A stretch of 41,266 nt of DNA, from NCBI GenBank assembly GCA_030837935.1, contig JAUQXU010000041.1, positions 1-41,266 on the forward strand, written 5' to 3'. The notes beneath the pieces are model-generated. The model saw nothing but the letters and a program-made list of their open reading frames with translations, was not told where the DNA came from and searched no databases. The stretch comes from Candidatus Brocadia sp. GTDB lineage: Bacteria; Planctomycetota; Brocadiia; Brocadiales; Brocadiaceae. Shown here one piece after another: positions 8,026-17,814 of this stretch. How positions within the stretch are numbered: the first letter of the stretch is position 1; the number at the start of each line of letters is the position of its first letter. The position numbers and the translations under genes were made by a program.

Positions 8026-10839
8026 TTAAAGTGCGGTAACACACCGGTCACATATAGTGGGATGATCTTTGTTTAATCCCACAGTCTCTCTCAAATTCCA
8101 GCACCTTTCACACTTTTTGTGTTGCGATACATTGCATTCTATCCAAAGATTTTCAGTTAGTTCCCCCTTCACCGCCTTGGATGTGATATTCCTATCCAGT
8201 TTTACCTCAGACACGATAAATATCATAGAAAGGTCTTTTTCGTAGCTCTTCAAGAACTGCCAAAGTTCTTCGTTTTCTGTATAAAGACAGACAGACGCCT
8301 CCAATGAATTGCCTATCAACTTGGCTGCGCGCATCTTTTCCAGTTCCCGCGCCACATCAGTTCTCATATTAATCAACTTCTCCCACCTTTCATTCAGAGA
8401 ATCGTCTATCCAGGCAGCGGTGCATTTTGGAAATGTTGATAAATGGACACTGGAAACATCTTCGTCCTTATGAATGATCGCAGACCATACTTCTTCAGCC
8501 GTATGAACAATAACCGGCGCGGATAATTTAACCAGGTCGACCAGGATATACTGCATAACAGTCTGTGCGGCGCGCCGTTCCTTTGAATTCTTTGCAAAGG
8601 TATATAACCGGTCCTTCAGGATATCCAAATAAAAGGCGCTCATTTCCACCGTACAAAAATTGTAAATGTTGTGAAAAACCCGGTGCAATTGGAGCGATTC
8701 ATAGCTGGATGTAACATCTTTTATTAATTCTTGTGTTTTATGCAATGCCCAGCGGTCTATTTCCAATAATTCTTCATAAGATATCGTGTTCACGTTTGGA
8801 TCAAAATCATAGAGGTTGCTCAGCAAATATCTGAACGTGTTACGAACACGCCTGTAGGCATCAGAACACCTGATGATTAAATTACGGGAGACGCTCATAT
8901 CATTTTGATAGTCCAAAGACGAAGTCCATAATCTGAGCACATCTGCGCCGAATTCCTTTACGGCATCTTCAACAGAAATAAAATTCCCCCGGGATTTGGA
9001 CATCTTTTTACCGTGTTCATCTACAACGAACCCATGCGTTAAAACAGATTTGAAAGGCGCCTTATCCCATGCGCCAACGGATGGAAGCAGTGAAAGCTGA
9101 AACCACCCACGGTGCTGGTCTGTCCCTTCCAGGTAAAGATCGGCCGGATACGACAATTCGTTACGCTTATGCAAGACGGCATGGTGGCTCGATCCAGATT
9201 CAAACCAGACATCGAAGATATCCATTTCTTGTCGAAACTGATCACCCCCGCATTGAGAGCATTTCGTGTCAGGCGGCAAAAAATAGGATACATCCTTATA
9301 AAACCAGATGTCGGCCCCTTCTTTCTCAAATTTATCTCTCACATAATCTATGGTCTTCGTATTTATAAGTACCTGACGGCAATGCGTGCAATGAAAGGCA
9401 GGGATTGGTACACCCCACGAACGCTGTCGGGAGATACACCAATCAGGACGTTCCGAAACCATCTTTGCCATCCTGCTCTCACCCCAGGAAGGTACCCATT
9501 TCGTCCGTTTTATCTCATCCAACACCCTTTGCCGCAGGCTGTTATAATCAAGGCTTACAAACCACTGTTCCGTTGCCCTGAAAATAACAGGATCGTCACA
9601 TCGCCAGCAATGAGGATAGGAGTGTGCAATTTCTTTTTTATCAAGCAATGCCCCTACCATTTCCAGTTTTTTTATAATGGCATTGTTTCCTTCTTCTAAT
9701 ATCCTGAGCCCGGCAAATTCACCCGCCTCTTTAGTAAAATTGCCCTTTTCATCTACAGGGCTCAACATAGGGAGATGATATTTGATGCCGGTAAGATAAT
9801 CGTCCTGCCCATGCCCAGGCGCTGTGTGGACACAACCCGTCCCATCCGATAAGGTTACGTAGTCTGCCAACACAATAGTACCGGCTCTGTCCATAAAAGG
9901 ATGTTTGTATTTTTTACCTTCCAATAAACGCCCCTGGACCTTACCAAGGCATTCATAATCCTTGACCCCTACCAGGGACATGACTAATTCTATTCGTTTG
10001 TCAGCAAGGACAGCAACTTCGTCCTTTTGCTTTTTTGGATTTCGGTAACGGACGGCGGTATATTCATGTTCTGGATGGACGGCAATTGCAACATTTGCCG
10101 GGAGTGTCCAAGGGGTAGTTGTCCATATCATGATGTATGAATTTTTACTATCTACGCCTTTGAACAAATTGCCAATATCGTCATCGAATTTGAAGTTTAC
10201 ATAGATGGATGGGCTCTTTGTTTCTTCTCTATAATCGAGTTCTGCCTCGGCAAGGGTCGTTTGCCCGAGTTCATTGGGGCACCAGTGGACGGGTTTTTTG
10301 CTTCGATACACATATCCCTTTTCTACCAGTTTTCCAAATACCTCAATGATACCCGCTTCATATCGAGGGTCAAAGGTCAGGTATGGATATTCCCAATCCC
10401 CCATTACCCCCAGGGCCTTAAATTGAGCTTTTTGGAGTTTTACAAATTTTTCCGCATACTTTTTACATTTTTTCCGAATCTCTGGCTTGGTTAAATTTTT
10501 TCTTTCTTCACCCACTTCCTGCATTACACGGTGTTCAATGGGCAAACCATGGCAGTCCCAGCCAGGAACATACGGTGCATCATATCCCTGCATCGTATGA
10601 AAACGCACAATAAAGTCTTTTAATATTTTATTTAATCCTGTACCGATATGCAATTCACCGGTTGGATACGGTGGTCCGTCATGTAATATATACTTTTCTC
10701 TGCCTGCTCGTGTCCTGCGTACCAGCTCATAGAGCTTTTCTTTTTCCCATCTCTCCTGGATTTCTGGTTCTTTTTTGAGCAAATCCGCCTTCATGGAGAA
10801 TTGGGTAATGGGCAGGTTTAGGGTTTTTTTATATTCCAT
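8026..10839 (-). CDS. ileS: Isoleucine--tRNA ligase (type 1)
   Basis: LHDGPPY..HIG, PGWDCHGLPIE, WTTTPWTLPAN, GTGCVHTAPGHG, DWCISRQR, EGTDQHRGWF, KMSKS, C-terminal CERC/CDRC zinc finger. Confidence 0.98.
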   Translation of the reverse strand: MEYKKTLNLPITQFSMKADLLKKEPEIQERWEKEKLYELVRRTRAGREKYILHDGPPYPTGELHIGTGLNKILKDFIVRFHTMQGYDAPYVPGWDCHGLPIEHRVMQEVGEERKNLTKPEIRKKCKKYAEKFVKLQKAQFKALGVMGDWEYPYLTFDPRYEAGIIEVFGKLVEKGYVYRSKKPVHWCPNELGQTTLAEAELDYREETKSPSIYVNFKFDDDIGNLFKGVDSKNSYIMIWTTTPWTLPANVAIAVHPEHEYTAVRYRNPKKQKDEVAVLADKRIELVMSLVGVKDYECLGKVQGRLLEGKKYKHPFMDRAGTIVLADYVTLSDGTGCVHTAPGHGQDDYLTGIKYHLPMLSPVDEKGNFTKEAGEFAGLRILEEGNNAIIKKLEMVGALLDKKEIAHSYPHCWRCDDPVIFRATEQWFVSLDYNSLRQRVLDEIKRTKWVPSWGESRMAKMVSERPDWCISRQRSWGVPIPAFHCTHCRQVLINTKTIDYVRDKFEKEGADIWFYKDVSYFLPPDTKCSQCGGDQFRQEMDIFDVWFESGSSHHAVLHKRNELSYPADLYLEGTDQHRGWFQLSLLPSVGAWDKAPFKSVLTHGFVVDEHGKKMSKSRGNFISVEDAVKEFGADVLRLWTSSLDYQNDMSVSRNLIIRCSDAYRRVRNTFRYLLSNLYDFDPNVNTISYEELLEIDRWALHKTQELIKDVTSSYESLQLHRVFHNIYNFCTVEMSAFYLDILKDRLYTFAKNSKERRAAQTVMQYILVDLVKLSAPVIVHTAEEVWSAIIHKDEDVSSVHLSTFPKCTAAWIDDSLNERWEKLINMRTDVARELEKMRAAKLIGNSLEASVCLYTENEELWQFLKSYEKDLSMIFIVSEVKLDRNITSKAVKGELTENLWIECNVSQHKKCERCWNLRETVGLNKDHPTICDRCVTAL

Positions 10840-10856
10840 ACAAATGGATAATTTCC

Positions 10857-11150
10857 TTAGGCTTGTTGGTTTAATAATGATTTTAGATCTTGAAGGACTA
10901 ATCCTTCAATCAATAATCTTTTATCCCGAGAGGTTTCACCTGAAATGATATGGATAGAGGATTCATGAATACGAAGCGTATCGGCTAGCAGTTCAATTAC
11001 GGCCTTGTTTGCCTTCCCTTTTTCAGGGGATGCAGTAACGGCTAATTTTAATCGGCCTCCATACTCGCCTATTATGCGATTTTTGCTTGAACCTGGCTGG
11101 GTTCGGATAGATAGAATAACGCCTGAGTTTGTAGTAACAATATCAAGCAT
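10857..11150 (-). CDS. DUF167/YggU family protein
   Basis: QPGSSKN..LKLAVTASPEKGKANKAVIELLA..GETSRDK; ATG at 11150 directly follows the acylphosphatase stop. Confidence 0.9.
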   Translation of the reverse strand: MLDIVTTNSGVILSIRTQPGSSKNRIIGEYGGRLKLAVTASPEKGKANKAVIELLADTLRIHESSIHIISGETSRDKRLLIEGLVLQDLKSLLNQQA

Positions 11151-11151
11151 A

Positions 11152-11424
11152 TTAATAAACCACCGAAAATTCTTCGAATTCTCCGGTATATTCTTCCCAG
11201 CAGACATCTATATGTTCGACAAAAGCGCCATTCGGTCCTTTTCTACACCAACGTACCATAGCATCGATGGCGTCTTTTTCACCTTCAAAGGCAGCTTCAA
11301 CCCTACCATCCAAACAATTTTTTACCCATCCATTAACGTCAAAGGCTCGTGCTTTGTCTCTTGTAGAAGCTCGAAAGAACACACCCTGAACCCTGCCGCT
11401 GATATAAACATGCGCCCTTGCCAT
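11152..11424 (-). CDS. acyP: Acylphosphatase
   Basis: ISGRVQGVFFR, GWVKNCLDGRVEA, WCRKGP; start may instead be the TTG at 11445. Confidence 0.93.
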   Translation of the reverse strand: MARAHVYISGRVQGVFFRASTRDKARAFDVNGWVKNCLDGRVEAAFEGEKDAIDAMVRWCRKGPNGAFVEHIDVCWEEYTGEFEEFSVVY

Positions 11425-11448
11425 AAGCAAATGCTTATTCTTCAAGGT

Positions 11449-12300
11449 TTATTTGGATCCGTAAATATGTTCGCTGTCAGAGGCGGAAGGCAAATAGTTT
11501 AAACCCACAAAAGTAAAGTTTACTATCCCGAAAGCAAAGAGTAACCAGAATGCTAAAATAACAGAGGCCTTTGATTTATTAATGTTCATTTTAGGTAAAA
11601 CCAGAGGGGTATGTAAATAAACTAAATATGCAAGCCATGTAATCAAAGACCACGTTTCCTTGGGATCCCATGACCAATAATCACCCCACGCTTTCTTTGC
11701 CCAAACTGCACCGGTAACCATACCCAAGGTGAGAAAGGGAAATCCAAAGGCAACTATTTTATAACTTAATTTATCAAAATTCCTCGGCAATATCTCTCTT
11801 CCATCTTCATCCTCTTTGCTATCTTTGCTTTTCTTGGTAAAAGGTTTGACTACTAAATATATAATACTTGTGACAAAAGAAATACCAAAAGCAGCATAGC
11901 CAAGCATATAGGTAACGACATGCACGAGCATCCAGTTACTCTTCAATGCCGGCATAATAGGTCTTATGGTATCATCCTGAAGCGTAGCATAAAGCAATAT
12001 CAACATCGTCAGGACAGATGCCAGTGCGCCAACAACCCTGAAATTATAAATAAATTCGAATATAATGTAGACGAAAGCCGTGCAGCAGGCATAAAAAATG
12101 AGCGATTCATATAAGTTAGAAAAGGGTGGATGCCCAGCCTCTATAGACCGTTTTGCTACCAGCGTCAGATTCAGACAGAATGCCAAAATGAGCAATCCAA
12201 GGGATGCCCATCTTGTAGCCATGGACCCCCAAATCTCTCTTACTATATAACTAATGGCTGCTAATACATATACAATCAAAGTAATATTAATCAAACTCAT
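11449..12300 (-). CDS. ccsA: System II cytochrome c biogenesis protein CcsA/ResC
   Basis: WWD motif WAKKAWGDYWSWDPKETW, HPPFSNLYES, conserved His residues, multiple TM helices. Confidence 0.95.
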   Translation of the reverse strand: MSLINITLIVYVLAAISYIVREIWGSMATRWASLGLLILAFCLNLTLVAKRSIEAGHPPFSNLYESLIFYACCTAFVYIIFEFIYNFRVVGALASVLTMLILLYATLQDDTIRPIMPALKSNWMLVHVVTYMLGYAAFGISFVTSIIYLVVKPFTKKSKDSKEDEDGREILPRNFDKLSYKIVAFGFPFLTLGMVTGAVWAKKAWGDYWSWDPKETWSLITWLAYLVYLHTPLVLPKMNINKSKASVILAFWLLFAFGIVNFTFVGLNYLPSASDSEHIYGSK

Positions 12301-14175
12301 TTATTGTCCCTCCGCCGCTTTTTTTTGCTTTTTACGCAGAAATGGTTTTATATAAAATATAAATACAACTCCAAAGCACAACGCCCCAAAACCCGTGTAG
12401 ACTACAGGAATACCGGGATCTTTAGCAATTTGCAACCCGGAAAAAGTTCCAGCCTCTGGGTCGTAACTTGATTGATAAATAACGTATCCTTTATATTTCA
12501 AAGGATCATTGACCCTAATGGTTTTTTCTGTAACAGTTTGTCCATTTTCCTCAATACGCAATTTACTTGTAAAATGTTTAACCGATTCACCTGTGGATTC
12601 ATAGACAAGCGCAAGATTGTTGTCGGTATACCAGGTGGCATACTGATTGTTGGAGAACAACCAATCCCCGACTTTCCCAGCAGGCCCTTCAGCTTCAACA
12701 TAAATCGCGGGTATTCCTACCGTATCTGATTTTTTTATAACTTCTTTTTTAAAATCAAAGGATGGGAAATAATCAGACACCGTAATCTGATTACCGGTAT
12801 CTGCAATAGTATACTTTTCTCCCAATTCCCACGGTATAGTTTCTACAACACGTTTGTCCTTTATATAGACAATTACCTGTTTTCCCTCAGGCGACTGAAA
12901 AATTCTTATGGTATTTTTCGCCATATAGGTACTGGCAATTCCACTACAGGTTATTTTTACGTTTTTATATTTCGCCGGGTGCATCTTATCCCAGTCAGGA
13001 AATTTTTCAAATACCCAACGGGTTTCAGTGCCTTCCGGACCGTTGATTTCTACTTGAACAGCCGGGTTATCTTGCGGCTGTTCACTCAGGGGTCGTTTAT
13101 CCCCATAGTTAAGCACGTATTGTAACATCTTTATGGTATAATCTGTTCCTTCTAATTTAAAAACTTTATTTAAATCCAAAGGATAATCCCGATACTCGCC
13201 AGATATTGTAACAGATAATTTTGCAGTGGTGCCTTCGGTAGAACTTATTGTATTGTCTAGCTCTTGCTGTGAAGACACCCAGATATATTCCAGACGTAAA
13301 TTTTGTTTTTTATCCTCATAATAGTTACGATCATGAGCTAACAACCATCCCTCGGCAGTAGCCTTCTCAGAACCAAACAGTTTCACAAAAACGGCAGGGT
13401 TGTCAGGCTTGTCTGATGTATTTACAGGTTCTTGTTTTAATTCTGCATCTGGGATATAGTCCTTTATCGTCACTTTATAATCCGAACCAGGGATACGTTG
13501 TTTTTTCCCAACCTTCACATCTAGTATTTTCTGCCGATCTTTACTCTTCACATACGTTACAAGTTGAAATTTTGGTTCGTTCTTTTCTAATATAAAATCA
13601 TCTAAGGCAATTGAAAATGGTAAATCCTTCTTGACGTAATCCAATTTCCCTTGTCGATTAATCAATTGTGTAAGAAAATAATTTACCGATTTTCCCTCAT
13701 AAACATTAACCCCACCTTTTACGCCCAGCTGGAATTTTATAACACCCCCTGCCAATATGAGAATAAGACTGAGATGGGTAAGAATAAAACCTGTTTGCAG
13801 GAATGTATTTCTCCACCGTTTAATGGTACAACAAATAAGATTGGCACAAAGTAAAATTAAAAGAAATGAAAACCAATGAGAGTAAAAGACATTATTTAAT
13901 TGTGTAAACCTGAAAAAAGTCGCCAACCCGTACCCATACCTTGCAACATATTCATCCAAAGTTTTTTCTTGCAGGATCACTGTTCCCAAGATACATGCCA
14001 CAACCATAATCAGAATAATGACTACCGCCAGTTTGACCGAGCAAAAGAATTCCCATACCTTGTTTGAATCCCTCCGTTCATGTCTGCCTGCTTTCTCCGG
14101 ACTAATTTGTTTACTCGTGCCTTTGCCTTTTGTTTCCCCTGTTACGCGGGGTTGATTCTGTTTTACATTTTTCAT
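12301..14175 (-). CDS. resB: System II cytochrome c biogenesis protein ResB/CcsB with expanded periplasmic domain
   Basis: FCSVKLAV..LGTVILQ, VFYSHWF, LTHLSLILILAGG, IRVNDPLKYKGYVIYQSSY, KDPG + C-terminal TM; abuts ccsA. Confidence 0.9.
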   Translation of the reverse strand: MKNVKQNQPRVTGETKGKGTSKQISPEKAGRHERRDSNKVWEFFCSVKLAVVIILIMVVACILGTVILQEKTLDEYVARYGYGLATFFRFTQLNNVFYSHWFSFLLILLCANLICCTIKRWRNTFLQTGFILTHLSLILILAGGVIKFQLGVKGGVNVYEGKSVNYFLTQLINRQGKLDYVKKDLPFSIALDDFILEKNEPKFQLVTYVKSKDRQKILDVKVGKKQRIPGSDYKVTIKDYIPDAELKQEPVNTSDKPDNPAVFVKLFGSEKATAEGWLLAHDRNYYEDKKQNLRLEYIWVSSQQELDNTISSTEGTTAKLSVTISGEYRDYPLDLNKVFKLEGTDYTIKMLQYVLNYGDKRPLSEQPQDNPAVQVEINGPEGTETRWVFEKFPDWDKMHPAKYKNVKITCSGIASTYMAKNTIRIFQSPEGKQVIVYIKDKRVVETIPWELGEKYTIADTGNQITVSDYFPSFDFKKEVIKKSDTVGIPAIYVEAEGPAGKVGDWLFSNNQYATWYTDNNLALVYESTGESVKHFTSKLRIEENGQTVTEKTIRVNDPLKYKGYVIYQSSYDPEAGTFSGLQIAKDPGIPVVYTGFGALCFGVVFIFYIKPFLRKKQKKAAEGQ

Positions 14176-14404
14176 AAATTATCAAAACTTAAATGAAACA
14201 AAAAATAGCCAATACGTTACAAAATAATATCGTTACTTCAATACTACAGGTTTAATAAGTATTCTGTATAACGAATCAATTTAGAATTCTTGAAGTGACA
14301 GCGTCTCTTTAAAACAGGGTTGTTTTGAAACTTGGTTTGCGAATTGTGGATAACGCAGGTTTGGTGTGTCTGGTTATTTTTATTACTACAATTTCTAAAC
14401 CAAC

Positions 14405-14439
14405 GTTTCTTCCGATAGCTTAAAGCTACCGGAAGAAAC
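14405..14439 (-). terminator. Stem-loop after the OmpA/MotB gene
   Basis: GTTTCTTCCGGTAGCT-TTA-AGCTATCGGAAGAAAC on the minus strand; weak U-tract, so it may be a stabilising hairpin instead. Confidence 0.5.
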
Positions 14440-14455
14440 TACTTCCTCAAACAAC

Positions 14456-15208
14456 TTATTTTCCTTCATCCTCTTCTGGCACCTCTGTTTCTGTTTGTGC
14501 CTGCTCTTCCGGCTGTTCCACCAGCTCTACATCTTGCTCTGTGGTTAGCGAAGATGCCTTGGGAGGTAATGAAGCAACTTTCGTTAATATTAAAAACTCC
14601 ACCCTTCTATTTTCCTTTTTTCCGGTGGTTGTACTATTAGATGCGATTGGGCGATTTGGGCCAAAACCAGCAATATGAACCCTCCCTTCGGTGATGTTTT
14701 CATTCTTAGTCAAGAAATGAAATACACTTAATGCGCGCGCCGCAGACAAATGATGATTAGAATCCCACAGGTGCTTTGTTCGCATAATAGGGTCTGTGTC
14801 AGTATGACCATCAACCCTGACGGAAATTTGCGGATTTTCCTTTAGAAATCCTGCTACCTTCTTCAAGGCTCCCTCTCCATGAGGTTTTATAGCAGCCATA
14901 CCTGAATCAAACAGTATTTTTTCAGGGAAAAGGAGTACGGGGCCTTCCACCGTATCTCTGACGGAAACACCTTCACCAATAGACTTTGCAAGCTTTCTAA
15001 GTTTATTCATTTCCTCTTCATTTGCCCTCAGCTTGTCTGATACGGATGAATACTGCTGATTAAGCCTCGCAATCTCTTCAGACTGGTCTCGTATCGTGAT
15101 TGCCTGTCTTCTGTTTAAATTTCTAAGCTCGTTCAGCTCGGCACAACCCGACATTCCAACAAAGGCTATCAAAAGGAAAAACTTTACATATTTACCGTAT
15201 TTCGACAT
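14456..15208 (-). CDS. OmpA/MotB family peptidoglycan-binding lipoprotein
   Basis: Lipobox MSGC, coiled coil, ILFDSG, VDGHTDTDP, NHHLSAARA, GFGPNRPIASN, NRRVE; acidic tail; GGAGG RBS. Confidence 0.9.
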   Translation of the reverse strand: MSKYGKYVKFFLLIAFVGMSGCAELNELRNLNRRQAITIRDQSEEIARLNQQYSSVSDKLRANEEEMNKLRKLAKSIGEGVSVRDTVEGPVLLFPEKILFDSGMAAIKPHGEGALKKVAGFLKENPQISVRVDGHTDTDPIMRTKHLWDSNHHLSAARALSVFHFLTKNENITEGRVHIAGFGPNRPIASNSTTTGKKENRRVEFLILTKVASLPPKASSLTTEQDVELVEQPEEQAQTETEVPEEDEGK

Positions 15209-15288
15209 GTTTTTTCCTCCAGCGTGTGAGGCGGGGTAAAGGTTTTATTCCATCACGAAATAGCTAAGAATATCAATAATAATTTCAA

Positions 15289-15317
15289 ACTATAACATTT
15301 GATATGCCTGTTTTCAA
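15289..15317 (-). promoter_or_regulatory. Sigma70-type promoter for the OmpA/MotB gene
   Basis: Minus strand TTGAAA-17 nt-TATAGT with extended -10 TG. Confidence 0.6.
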
Positions 15318-15535
15318 GCGTTTTTTCAATGAATTTTATTTTTTATAATTGTTGGTATACATCCGTGTTGTGCGGTTAAGTAATTGCGTATGAGTGCCAT
15401 TTTTTGCTCTTTAAGATTATAAAAAGACCTGCCTGCTGACAGAAAAGAGTCGGTAGGTCGTTTTTGAGATGGAGGGCTTCTTTTGTATTTTGATGCACAA
15501 TCCTCTGACCCTTTTCATAACTAACCTTTCCTTTA

Positions 15536-15680
15536 TTAGGTTATGAGACCGTCAAGTATTTGTGCCATAAATCCGTGTTTTGCTTCTTGCAATAAGGCGA
15601 TAAACTTTTAGATGGCGTCCACCAGCTAAAATACATTTCAATGTTCCACCGGAACTTGCAGACGGTTGCAATCTCTTCAA
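15536..15680 (-). pseudogene. Frameshifted IS4-family transposase C-terminal remnant
   Basis: EEIATVCKFRWNIEMYFSWW, then after frameshifts RHLKVYRLIARSK and HGFMAQILDGLIT; matches the IS4 Y-(2)-R-(3)-E-(6)-K region. Confidence 0.7.
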
Positions 15681-16051
15681 CAAACGGCATACAAAGTACT
15701 TTCCTTACTGTCTGCCGGAGATCGAAAAATTTGTTTGTAATAGCGCCAACCTTCTGGCAACATGGCGGGTGTAAGAGGGAAGAGAATACTTGGTGGAAAA
15801 ACCAGACACTGGAGATTTCACGCCAGTTCAATACAGGTCACAATGATGGCACAGTAATTGATCCACCGGGTAAATAACATCTGCGCCATTGCAGTGCCCG
15901 ATGGCGAGTTTTACCGGGAACATTTGGTTTCATTAGTAATCACACTACGATTTACCAGTAATATCAACTACTTGAGAGAAAGGAGGGTTTTAGATATTCA
16001 AATAGAGACCGATCTCAAACGTAATTAAAACTATACTTGTAATTCAATATC

Positions 16052-16131
16052 GAGATTCTTCAGTCGCTTCACTCCTTCAGAATGACCAAAGAAACAACAC
16101 CGTATGCCATTCTGAGTGAAACGAAGAATCC
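16052..16131. repeat. REP-like palindromic element (GATTCTTC..CAGAATGAC / CATTCTGAG..GAAGAATC)
   Basis: gagattcttcagtcgcttcactccttcagaatgac pairs imperfectly with gccattctgagtgaaacgaagaatc. Confidence 0.65.
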
Positions 16132-16162
16132 ATGTAACCATTTTCAAAGCGAGGTTAACTTT

Positions 16163-16852
16163 ATGAAAAATTTATTTGTAGCGCTTACCGTTTGTTTATT
16201 GAGTTCGTCAATATTAAGTCCTGCCCATGCACAGCAAGGACAAAAAATTACAACATCAGAAATCCTTGGGGAAAGAAAGGAATATTATTTTGATGATAAT
16301 AAAGTCGATGAATTGCCAGTGGGGTTTCAAAGTACATTTACAGGAAAAGGTGAATCAGGACATTGGATAGTTAAGAAGATCGAACATGCTCCTTCAGCAG
16401 ACAATGTGGTTGTACAAACCAAATTGGACGATACGGATTATCGTTTTCCACTCTTGATACTCGACGGAGTATCGTATAAAGATTTTATGGCATTTGTAAA
16501 ATTCAGGGCTATCAGTGGGAAGACAGATCAGGCCGGTGGACTGGTCTTTAGATACAAAGATAATAATAACTATTATGTACTCAGGGCCAATGCTTTAGAA
16601 AATAATGTACGGTTATATACGGTAATTAACGGTAACCGAAGGCAGATTGCAGGTAAAAATACAAAGGTAACACCAAACGAGTGGCACCTGCTCAAGGTTG
16701 TTTGCAAGGAAGACAAGATTCAATGTTTTTTTGAGAACACAAAGGTATTTGAGGTATCGGATGACACCTTCGATAGCGGGAGTGTCGGTCTTTGGACAAA
16801 GTCGGATTCATATACATTTTTTGATGACCTGGTGATGCAGGAAACGAAGTAG
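16163..16852 (+). CDS. Exported DUF1080 / 3-keto-disaccharide hydrolase-like (ConA-like fold) protein
   Basis: Signal peptide ending AHA-Q; DYRFP, ISGKTDQAGGLVFRYKDNNNYYVLRANALE, WHLLKV, GSVGLWTKSDS..FDD; GAGG RBS before the ATG at 16163. Confidence 0.75.
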   Translation: MKNLFVALTVCLLSSSILSPAHAQQGQKITTSEILGERKEYYFDDNKVDELPVGFQSTFTGKGESGHWIVKKIEHAPSADNVVVQTKLDDTDYRFPLLILDGVSYKDFMAFVKFRAISGKTDQAGGLVFRYKDNNNYYVLRANALENNVRLYTVINGNRRQIAGKNTKVTPNEWHLLKVVCKEDKIQCFFENTKVFEVSDDTFDSGSVGLWTKSDSYTFFDDLVMQETK

Positions 16853-16924
16853 ACTACACATAAGCATTCCGCGTGAGGACGTCCTGACTGGCCATCTCTC
16901 ATGGGAAACGGCTGAAGACTGAAA

Positions 16925-16954
16925 CACGGACAAACAAGTTTGGCCGTGCCACCC
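16925..16954. repeat. REP copy 1 (CACGGACAAAC-AA-GTTTGKCCGTG + CCACCC)
   Basis: 29/30 identical to 39479-39508; hairpin. Confidence 0.85.
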
Positions 16955-17023
16955 AATTATTAAGTTAGTACCAATGGGTAATAATGGTGAGTAATTTATT
17001 TACACATTACTGCGCTACATTAT

Positions 17024-17806
17024 ATGTGGAAAAATCCGTTACTCATGGTGTTATTTGGTCTGGCAGAATTTATTGTACCTGCAGAGGTCTTTGCATTAAG
17101 ACCATTTGTCACGACAGATGCGGACGTGGTCGAACCCAATGTGATCGAAATAGAATTAGGGGTATTTGGACTCCATGAGCAAAAACATCCCGGCCCTGAC
17201 GAAATAACCTTTGAGGTGCCAAGCATTCGCCTTAATTATGGGCTACCGTGGGATAGTGAGATCGTACTGGAGACTGTAGGTGAACTCATTGATAGCGAAT
17301 ATGTGGGTACGCTGGGCATAAAGGAGAAGCAATTTGCCAATACTACAGGCTTTTATAAGAAGGTCTGGTGGCGTGGAAGTGATTGGATTCCTAACTTTGC
17401 TACAGAGACGGGTTTTGTATTTCCTACAGAAAAAGACACCTCTGGATTGGACTTCGAAGGTACAGGCATCTTTTCCTGGTATTTAGAAAGACTTACGTGC
17501 CATATGACACTGGGCGGAGGCACAGAAAAAGATGCTTTTGAACACAACACACGTGGTCTCTTTATTTATGGCGTCATTTTTGATGTACCAATGCCTCTGT
17601 ATAAAAAACTTCATTTTGTAACAGAATATAGTGGTGAGAAAATAGAGAGTTCTATACTAGATCACCAGGTATTGGTAGGTTTTGTATGGGAAGGACCAAT
17701 GGAGGTAGAATATGACATTGCAGGATTTACAGGGTTAAATAGCGAAAGTGTGGATTGGGGTATAACCATGGGTATAACTTTTTTTATTGGTAAAACAAGA
17801 AAGTGA
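17024..17806 (+). CDS. Putative outer-membrane beta-barrel protein
   Basis: Signal peptide (VFA-LRPFVTTDA), amphipathic beta-strands, C-terminal WGITMGITFF; 8 nt upstream of the ABC binding-protein gene. Confidence 0.6.
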   Translation: MWKNPLLMVLFGLAEFIVPAEVFALRPFVTTDADVVEPNVIEIELGVFGLHEQKHPGPDEITFEVPSIRLNYGLPWDSEIVLETVGELIDSEYVGTLGIKEKQFANTTGFYKKVWWRGSDWIPNFATETGFVFPTEKDTSGLDFEGTGIFSWYLERLTCHMTLGGGTEKDAFEHNTRGLFIYGVIFDVPMPLYKKLHFVTEYSGEKIESSILDHQVLVGFVWEGPMEVEYDIAGFTGLNSESVDWGITMGITFFIGKTRK

Positions 17807-17814
17807 GGTGAATT

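Noticed and set aside
14345-14353. Perfect DnaA box (TTATCCACA, minus strand)
   Set aside because: A single box with no cluster or dnaA/dnaN context; expected by chance.
16978-17002. Possible Fur box before the barrel/ABC genes
   Set aside because: Only about half the consensus matches in AT-rich DNA, with poor symmetry.
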